Origin: Eledone cirrhosa
Lineage: Eukaryota
Assembly (NCBI GenBank): GCA_964016885.1
Contig: OZ024755.1
Span: 14,694,001-14,758,000, forward strand
Reading direction: 5' to 3'
Length of the DNA: 64,000 nt
In this document: positions 54,478 to 64,000 of the stretch, one piece after another
Numbering within the stretch: the first letter of the stretch is position 1
Layout of the letters: every line of letters begins with the position of its first letter
Notes under the pieces: generated by a model
Database searches by the model: none
The model's input: the letters and a program-made list of their open reading frames with translations, nothing else
Told to the model about the DNA's origin: nothing
Program-made: the position numbers and the translations under genes

Positions 54478-54769
54478 TTTTGTTCAACATTGACAAAGGA
54501 ATAATGTACTAGTTTCAAGCTTATTAGCTACCGTCAGCACCGTATACCTTCCTGCCAGATGATTGAACGTCTGAAAGTATATACTTTCCTTATGCATATT
54601 AACGGCTGAGCAGCATACTTTGCATATCGAGTGAGTTAATCGGCCGGGGTACCGAAAACGATAAACGAAAAAAAAACAAAAGATGGATGCTAGACACTAC
54701 GGCTTAATACGGGATGTTTGTTTACAAACACATCGAGCATTATAATAAATGTTCAGTGAATCCATACGT

Positions 54770-54811
<42 letters not shown>

Positions 54812-55238
54812 ATGTATGTATATATATATATATACATACTACTGTACGTCTGTATACATATATGTATGTATGTATACATACTTATATTTAAGTAACAGCC
54901 GTAATAAGAGTGAGAAATGAAATTTCGTTTCATTTTTTCCTTTTATCGTTTTCCGTACCCCGGCCGATTAACTCACTCAATATGCAAATTAGGCTGCTCA
55001 GCCGTTAATATGCATTAGGAAAGTATATACTTTCAGACGTTCAATCATCTAGCAGAAAGGTATACGTTGCTGACGATAGCTAATAAGCTTGAAACTAGTA
55101 CAGCGTTCCTTTGTCAGTGTTGAACAAATGAGCAACGATAGTTGCTAGACACTGTACGGCTTAATACGGGATGTTTGTTTACAAACACACCGAGCATTAT
55201 AATAAATGTTCGGTGAATCCATACGTACATATATATAT
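54478..55238 (+). mobile_element. family H1 retrozyme/Penelope-like element: 5' inverted segment plus partial tandem (455-bp period)
   Basis: 54478-54677 is the inverse of about 54930-55130. TGCTAGACACT..CCATACGTACA occurs at 54688 and 55143. Confidence 0.85.
55064..55106 (+). ncRNA. minimal type-I hammerhead ribozyme motif
   Basis: acgttg CTGACGA tagctaataagctt GAAA ctag TA cagcgt. Stem I is 6 bp (extendable), stem II is AGCT/AGCT, stem III is the palindrome ACTAGT; predicted cut after 55100. Confidence 0.78.
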
Positions 55239-55240
55239 GT

Positions 55241-55370
55241 GGGCCTGTCGAAACGGCTTGAGCTCAGCCGTCGGGGTCCTACTCGTTCCTATTACCCACT
55301 CTACTACCCTAAGTATTGAGTACATTGGTGTGTTATGGTCCACCTGGTTCCTTACCACATTTCCTTCGTT
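55241..55370 (+). mobile_element. family H2 element starting in a half hammerhead
   Basis: ctgtc GAAA cggct tgagctc agccg TC ggggtcc...; ends in (TA)n. Confidence 0.8.
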
Positions 55371-55411
55371 ATATGTATATATATATATATATGTGTCTAT
55401 ATATGTATATA

Positions 55412-55496
<85 letters not shown>

Positions 55497-55567
55497 GTGT
55501 ATATATATGTGTATATGTGTATATATATGTGTATATATATATATATGTGTGTATGTGTATATATATA

Positions 55568-55600
<33 letters not shown>

Positions 55601-55735
55601 GAGTATATATATGTGTATATATATGTGTGTGTATATATATGTACATGTATATGTATATATATATATATATATGTGTATCTATATATATGTGTATATGTAT
55701 ATATATATATATATGTGTGTATCTATATATATGTG

Positions 55736-55776
<41 letters not shown>

Positions 55777-56003
55777 ATCTATATATATGTGTACATATAT
55801 ATACATATATATACATATATATACATATACATATATATACATATACATATATATACATATATATACATATGTATGTATATGTATATATATATGTATATAT
55901 ATGTATATATATGTATGTATATGTATGTATATATATGTATATATATGTATATGTATATATATGTATATATATGTATATATATGTATATGTATATGTACAT
56001 ATA
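55371..56003. repeat. variant (TA)n array
   Basis: Visible. Confidence 0.95.
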
Positions 56004-56060
56004 TAATTGTTTCTACGTTAGGCACAAGGCCAGCAACAAACCAGTGCATTACTGGTACTT

Positions 56061-56068
<8 letters not shown>
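56004..56068 (-). mobile_element. SINE family A 3' fragment
   Basis: AATTGTTTCTACGTTAGGCACAAGGCCAGC...GGTACTTTATTTTAT, then (TA)n. Confidence 0.85.
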
Positions 56069-56103
<35 letters not shown>

Positions 56104-56310
56104 GTTAGTTGTCTTTGGGTGGTGGATTTGAACTCTGATCCCAAAGACCCGGCACGAATGCTACAGAATATTCATTCCGTCGTTCATTTAACGTCACACG
56201 CAATATATATATATATATATATTCCTATTTGCTTGTGCGTGTGTGTATATATTTATGAATAACCATGTGTATTTGGTATGTGTGTATCTGTGATTTTGTC
56301 ACCGCGTGTT

Positions 56311-56344
<34 letters not shown>

Positions 56345-58054
56345 TGTGTGTGTGTGTGTTACAGACTAATGACTAACTATAAATAACATGTGTTGCATAT
56401 ACGTTTCTTAGAATAATTTTACTGATGCATATGATCTGTCTAAGTCTTTCGGTACTTTAGTGCTTAGTAGGTAACAGATTATATTTAGTGTTTTCATTAT
56501 AAAACGTTGAAATGTTGCACTAAGTTAACCTGCAAAGATTTCATTCTTAATATGAGAACATTTAGTTGAAATGTACCAGCTTTTTGTAATGGTTTATCTC
56601 ACCAATAGGTGGTATGAAGTATTGAAAGCACTACGTGAAATGCTAATATACATCCTTTAAGCGTCAACAGATAACAAAAAAAAAATGTTAGCAAATGAAA
56701 ACTAGTATTTGAGTTATAAAACCATCATGATAATAATATGTAAGTAGTTTGTGATATAGGTAGGTATATAAACATACATCTTCATAGATGTATATATAGA
56801 TAGAGAGATAGAAAGATAAATACGTAGGTATATATTGTTTTCATAGATATACACACACAGACATACACAGACACACACACATACATATCTATTATGGATA
56901 GATAGAGAGGTAAACAGTCAGGTAGGTATACAAATGTTTATATTGAGAGGAGGAGAATGGAAATAATAGAAATGAGTTAATGATATGTTAGATGAAAATG
57001 TAGAAAAAGATAAAGGCGTGATAACTACACACAAACACACACACACCTACACGCATACGCACACATTATACAGATATAAAAAGCTTTATATCCATTATAT
57101 GCATTCAGTTGATGTATGTGTGTGTGAGAGATTGTGTGTGTCTGCTTACATGGACGAGAAGAAATTAACTGGAAAACAACCCTGTATTATCATATTGTTG
57201 TGTGAGATGTGCACTTGATAAGTTAACGGTATATATCTTACGTTGATTGGATTTTCTATACAACAAATTATCTTCCACGAACAGCTTATAACTTACTTGG
57301 AAATGTTTTGTTTTGGCTAAACACAAGAATTGTTTCTTCGACCGAAATATATTACTGCTACTTATCTAATCAGATCAAATGAGTCGAAACAGTTAATAAT
57401 TCATTCTTTGTGAAAATAAACACATCATTGTTTCGTGGACTTCCGTCGGTTTCGAAGCCGTGAGCTTCATCCATTTGTTCGATCAACGAAACTATCTGTT
57501 CATAAATCTACAATATATGTGGCTGGGAATATATCCACGGATACATGTACATTTAAAGTAGCTGGTATCGGAGAGATTCAGCATAACTCAGTGTCTGATA
57601 AAGCGGGTCCTTCCAATTACAGGTACAGTCCGAAGGGCTTCTGAAGAGATTCTGAAGCGCTTACAAAAGTTTTTCGGACAGGATATAAATTGACACTCTA
57701 AACGAATGAAACTAAATGCACGATGGCATTTCATTCGGTCCTTAATAATCTCAAGACTTTATTTTCCATCACACCAAAAATCCTGTATACAATACGAGCT
57801 AACTGAGTTGTTGGTCGAAAGAGTGGCATTGAAGACATTAAGCTTGTGGATGCAGGCATGGCTGAGTGTATAAGATTGTGAGTTCAATTCCAGTGCATGG
57901 CCATTTAGGGATGTGTTTTTAACACATATTTTTATCGACCCAAGCCTTGTGAGTGAAATTAGGCCGATGGAAATGTGATGGATATGTACTGAAGCCCCTC
58001 GGCCTGAGAATTACATAAAATACACAACAATCTATGAATGTGGGTGTGTGTGTT

Positions 58055-58320
58055 ATGGCGTGTGACTTAGTGGTTAGGGTAGTCGGCTCTTGATTGTAAC
58101 GTCGGGTGTTCGATTCGTAGCGGTACATTGTGTCCCCGAGCAAGACAGATAATTTTATGTTGCTTCAGTTGACCCAGACGCAAAAAAACGAGTTGCTTGA
58201 TGCTGAATCTCGCTGAGAACTGCATAAAAAGTATAGACATGCCTAGTATACACATTCACTTGCATGGTAATTTCACGAACATTGGTCATTTGATCAAGCA
58301 ATTGAAATATTCATCCCCCG
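58055..58320 (+). mobile_element. SINE family B, diverged
   Basis: TGACTTAGTGGTTAGGGT..GTTCGATTC head plus family B body. Confidence 0.7.
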
Positions 58321-58639
58321 AACCAACGGAATGCTAGCACACATGCATATGCACATCCACATGCACACCCACATACACACACATACATACATATCCATAC
58401 ATACCTACATACATACGTGTGTGTGTGTGTGTGATGAAATTAGATTATTGTTACTTCTTTTATCTACTTCAGAAGGAGTCGGGGCAAAGTCGTGTTGGTG
58501 GTTTTGTGTGTAGGTGTAATGCCTTAAAGCATCTAATCCGGTCGACTATTCTGTATTTACAACCACATTCACTTCACACTGGCTCCATCAATAATGATTT
58601 CCTTAAACTAACTGCAGGAAATGCATGTGGAGATTTTAC

Positions 58640-58772
58640 CTCACTGGTGGGCCTGGCACTGTTACGTATGAGGTGATCATCTGGTGGAGTTTTCCGGTCA
58701 CATAACCAGCAATGAATGGAGTTGATAATTCTTTCTTTGATGCCTCTCTTCTCATTATGACTATTCGGGCCA
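58640..58772 (-). CDS. candidate exon (133 nt, phase 1-2)
   Basis: Acceptor gtattcAG, donor GAG|GTaaaa, frame ARIVIMRREASKKELSTPFIAGYVTGKLHQMITSYVTVPGPPV. Confidence 0.3.
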
Positions 58773-58797
58773 CTGAATACACTAACTGTACCGTTGG

Positions 58798-58848
<51 letters not shown>

Positions 58849-58875
58849 TAATATACACACACATGTATGCATGTA

Positions 58876-58906
<31 letters not shown>

Positions 58907-59443
58907 GTGTGTGTGTGTGTCTGATCTAACTGTTTTAATATAGCCAATGGAGTGAGATAAACCAACAGTATCCTTGCAATTTCAAGACCAAAACTCCTTC
59001 TATATATTTACAAGCAGAATAACCTGACAATTCCTGGGTATATTATCGGAATAATATATCAGAGAAGCCTATGTGGCAGTTGTGGGTAATTTTAGAGATA
59101 TAGACTGCTATTTCTATCGAGTCTAGCTGCAACGTAGAACGCTCTTTCTCGTTGGTTCATATATACGTTTGTACCCCCCCCCCCCCCAAAAAAAAATACA
59201 GCATGACGTAATTTCCAGATTTTAAAATTGTTTTTGCTTTTATAAATACTGAATCCCGGTTATTCAAGCCATAGCAATCTGAAAATATGTACCAGCATGT
59301 TCATCTGTTTAAGTAGTTCAGTTCAACAGTGTAGAACTAGTTCCGTCTCATGATGATACAATTTGCAAAAGTGTCTTTTTCTGTAACTTCGGGTGGATCA
59401 ATGCCTTGGCACTAGAAACTACTCGGAAACTAAAAACGTACGT

Positions 59444-59475
<32 letters not shown>

Positions 59476-59574
59476 GTCGATCGACACGATCCCTGACCTC
59501 GTCACACCGAGGAAACAATGTTTCCATTAGTCTTTCCTGTTGCTAATATTATCTTCCGGCTGCAAGTCCAGTAA

Positions 59575-59697
59575 GAAGGAGCAATATGAAATAAAATGTC
59601 TTGCTCAAAGACACAACACGTCACCCGGTCCAGGAGTCAAACTCACACCCTCACGATAGCGAATCCAATTCTCAAACCACTCAACCATGTACCTTCA
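59575..59697 (-). mobile_element. SINE family B, 5' part
   Basis: Reverse complement TGAAGGTACATGGTTGAGTGG...TCTTTGAGCAAGACATTTTATTTCA. Confidence 0.7.
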
Positions 59698-59851
59698 TAC
59701 ACACGAACACACGTGCACACACATGTGCGAGCACACACACACACCCGCGCGCGCGCGCACGTGCACGCACGCACATGCACGCACGCACACACACACACAC
59801 ACGCGCACGCACGCACGCGCGCGCACACGCACACGCACACGCAGACAGACA

Positions 59852-60108
59852 CAATAAATGTAATCTGAGTTTTTCGAATATTAATAATAACATTCGATTC
59901 GTTTGCAATTATGCAAACCAGCCTCATTTTTAAAGCCAACTCAGTAGAATAAACCCTTCATTCTTGCTCTTGTGTTGGCATCTAAACACAAGAGCAATAA
60001 TGAAGGGTTCATTCTACTGACATGGCTTTAAAATGAGGTTGGTTTGCATAATTGCAATCGAATCGAATGTTATTATTAATATTCGAAAAACTCAGATTAC
60101 ATTTATTG
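59852..60108. repeat. long near-perfect palindrome (arms about 125 bp, 8-nt loop)
   Basis: CAATAAATGTAATCTGAG... / ...CTCAGATTACATTTATTG; loop at 59977-59984. Confidence 0.92.
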
Positions 60109-60664
60109 CTTCAGCCATGTAGAGAATTTTTTTTATATATCACAAGATGCGCGAGAAATAGCAGTGAAACCCCAATATCTTAAACAAAAACAAAACAGTT
60201 GTTTACGTTGAAAGTAAATTTTCAGCGGTTCTTTAATTTACATTCTCATCGACAAATTACGAAATACACAATTACTTTGTCTCTTTCCCACTTCTCTCTC
60301 ACAAGTATTTTGTACTATGAATAAATTGAACTATGTTGATTACAAAATAAACAATACAAAACAATTCAAACTGCAAATTGAAAAATAATTTTTACAACGT
60401 AAATTAAAAAACACATTTAAATTAGTTAATCAATAAAGCATAACTACAGTTAAGTACCCACCTTCGAATTTGCTTCCCTATCACTCACGTAATAATGTTT
60501 TCTAATATAAGTCCAAGGCCAGCAATATAAGGGAAGAGGAAAGTGGATCGGTTTTACCTTTGAGGGATGAATGTCAAAGAACCAGAAGAAATACCATGAA
60601 TTGTTTTGTTCGAGATCCAAACGATTCTGCCACTCAACCTCTCTAAAATGTTTATTTTAATAAT

Positions 60665-60862
60665 TGTTTCTACTTTTTGGCACAAGGCCAGCAATTACTC
60701 AGTGGATTACTGGTACTTTATTTTATCGACCACGTAAGGATGAAAGGCAAAGGATTTGAGTCAAAGGATTTGAGTCAAAGGATTTGAACTCAGAATGGCA
60801 AGGGCCGTAACTATATGCGTCAAAGCATGGCGTCCGACCCTCTACCGATACTGCCAATCCAA
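60665..60862 (-). mobile_element. SINE family A with 14-bp TSD and internal triplication
   Basis: TSD TTTATTTTAATAAT at 60651-60664 and 60863-60876. Confidence 0.93.
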
Positions 60863-62963
60863 TTTATTTTAATAATGTTCCCTAAGTTTAAACTGAGAAA
60901 CAGCAATTTTGAAGGTCGCGAAAATTCGATTATGTATACCTCTACGTCAGTGGTACTCTATTTAATCGACACTGGAAGGATAATCGCTCGTAAATTAAAC
61001 AGAAACGGGTTACAGGGCGATTGCATGTTTTCTACTTTTAAATTTATTGAGAAATGTAGAGGCACTATCAATGAACTTTGGAGAAGAAAATTTGACGTTC
61101 TTTAAATGCAATATTTCCCTTGGAAGAACGTATCGTATTCAGAGGTTTACACTAAAATTATGATGAGGATTCTTAAAAAATTAAATTTGTGTCGCGATAT
61201 AAACAGTAGTGTATTACGATCTCTTGTAAATGCATTAATTAATTTCGATCTATAATTAAAGTCGATAAAAAGTAAATTCGGAATTTCTTTCAACATGCTT
61301 TGCAATCTCATATTGATAAGATCAATTAGAATAATCTCATAGATTTCCTTTACAGGAATGTATTGCCATTCCTACTACTACAATATTTTGAAAATAATTA
61401 AAAGAAAATAAACTTTCTTTAAAGCTAAAACACAATCGTAATCATACTCGTTATCTATAAAATGCTTCAAACACCAATATGTAATATACAGAAACTTCTG
61501 ACGAAACAAATGCGTTGGTTTAGGTGGTGCTGGTTGTGGTTGGGTGTTTATGTCATTGATTTATGATTTATAAAACATGCAAATTACAACATACCCGACA
61601 CAAAGCACATTTGAATGCTTATATTAATTATACGTTATAATATTGCTTATATATCAAATGGTGTGAGAAAATGTTCCTAATTCCGAACCAAGGAAACGTC
61701 GAGATGAATTTGGCGAACGACTTAGTATTGTTTTACATTTAACTTGGCAACTGAGCATATAATCTCATGTTTGTGTCAGTTTCAACATTCACTGGTTTAA
61801 CAACATGAATAGTTCACAGAAATGGTTTGATAGAAGGCTATAAAAGGTACAATGGTCAACATTGCCATTCATCCTTTTGAGGTCGGTAAAAAGTACCTGT
61901 CTAGTACTGGAGTCGATTCTTCCTCTGACTCTTCCTCACTTCCTGTCTCTCACTTTCACTGGAAAAAATCTGATGTATTCAGACCTGGAGAGGGATGGGC
62001 TCCGTCAACGCCGCATGTCACTACGGTGCTCCTACAACTCCATCAGTAAATACGGGATCATACCATACCAAACCATACCATACTACAGTATTATAAAGAC
62101 GTACGGCCAAAAGTATAAACTTACATAAACAAATATACCTACTCAAGACATACATACAGAATCATTCAATCACAGGCTACATCAGTTTATTCTAGATAGT
62201 CATAAATGTGTGAAATTGTTATGGCCACCTAGAACTAAAATAACTTTCAATATGTCTATGAAATGATGTGCAGCAGTTACAATGGTCTTTGAATACGTTT
62301 CCAAGTGCGGTTGTAGGAATAAGTACTTTTAATATATATTACATGTCATTTTGTCGTCCAGGTAGGATTCTGTCCATCAATATCAATATATATCATATAT
62401 ATTATATTCTCTCACATGTGTGCTACTATGACTATGATCTCCATATTGGAATCCCACACACACGCAGACACACATATACACACATATAGATATGTTTATA
62501 TATGTGTATATAACACACACACACACACACACATATATATATGATTGAAAGGAGTGAAAGAAAGAGGAGAGACAGAGAGCGGTGGGAGTGAATGATAAAG
62601 AGTGAGACAGAAACGGTATATGATAAATCAAATATTCACTATTATAATCTTCACATATTTCTCTTTGGATGTCAGATATTCATAAACAGCTGCGCACAGG
62701 AAGACGTTCCTTCCATTTATGGAATAGCATAATTTTATACTATACTCACTATAAAACATAATAAATTCTCTCAAACACATACTAATCTTTTCTCTAATGC
62801 ACACTCATATAAGTTATATCTGCTATAAATGACATTTGATACATCGATCCTATATTAAACAACATAAATCTATCAGGTATTTCCCCTGATAGATATGCTA
62901 CGGGAATATATCATATCACACACACACACATATATATATGTACATATATACACACATATATAT

Positions 62964-63017
<54 letters not shown>

Positions 63018-63780
63018 GATAGATAGATATATAACAAATATATATGTATATATATATAAAATATATATATATTATTATTACTATATATATCTACACACAC
63101 ACACACTTGATATCCACTTTATAACAGTTTACACTTGATTTAGCTACAGCTACCTCCCTTCCCAGGAGCGAGAAATTCTATTTTATCTTCTATAGATATC
63201 ACTGCAATATATATTTTTTACTGTCAGGTGCCAACACAATAGTTATTTTCTCTAACTGCTTCGTTCATTTTATACATTAATTCGAATAGATAGAAAACCC
63301 ACACCATAGCGCATTTTTAGTTAAGTGTAATCCTAGTATATATTTTGCTACTGCAGATTACGCATCAAGACTGCTCGTCTATGTTTCATCCTAATGTACA
63401 ATTGAAATACTGGGGTCGATTTAATCGGCTTTCTCCTCCCGCTCAATTCCTGGTATTTTGTTTAAATTAGAAATCATTATTGAAGATTTCCCTTTTGTAT
63501 AACCTTTCCTTTCTGGCTGTATCGGTAGAGCACCCGACAATGTGATTTGTATTATAGCGTTACGTCCCTTTACGCTCTGAGTCCCAAACCCATTGATTTG
63601 ATGCTAAAAGGGGTCCAAGTTGTCGACATCCCCCTGGTGGGCCCTGGAAACTGATCACGATCAGGCAAACGACAACACCGCGAGACAGCAGGATGATAAT
63701 ATATAACTTAAAAAGAAGAGAAACAATGACAACAAGAAAATCAATGACGAGAAAAGCTAAATACAAATAAATAACACACA

Positions 63781-63811
<31 letters not shown>

Positions 63812-64000
63812 AATGACCCCCAACTCCCAAATATTACGCTTCCTCTATGACCCGAAAGTAATTCTGCTTTGCGGAAAGATTTGTTAACTGTCTACAAGGA
63901 GCAAGTGTGATCAATATTGGAGTACTACTAATATTTCTGGGCTGGTGCAACTGCTATACTAGCCCAGAAATACTATTGTGCAACCGCTTCAAAACAATTG

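Overview
AT-rich, repeat-dominated animal genomic DNA. The SINE families and microsatellite load look cephalopod/octopus-like; this is an inference and was not checked against any database. No long ORF is credible: nearly all long ORFs in the track are translations of (TA)n/(CA)n arrays. The window holds about 14 kb of giant variant (TA)n arrays, more than 20 copies of three tRNA-derived SINE families (several with clear TSDs), RTE-LINE fragments, two short RTE-derived elements, a mariner fragment and a MITE. Several isolated minus-strand exon candidates may belong to a host gene with very long introns. The most interesting signal is a set of at least 5 unrelated short non-coding element families carrying complete, decayed or partial hammerhead-ribozyme motifs, mostly the minimal type-I form (CUGANGA...GAAA-palindrome-UH). 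Most abut (TA)n tracts, and several show a 5'-inverted and/or partial-tandem layout typical of Penelope-like retroelements and retrozymes. All structures were folded by eye, so none is computationally or experimentally validated.
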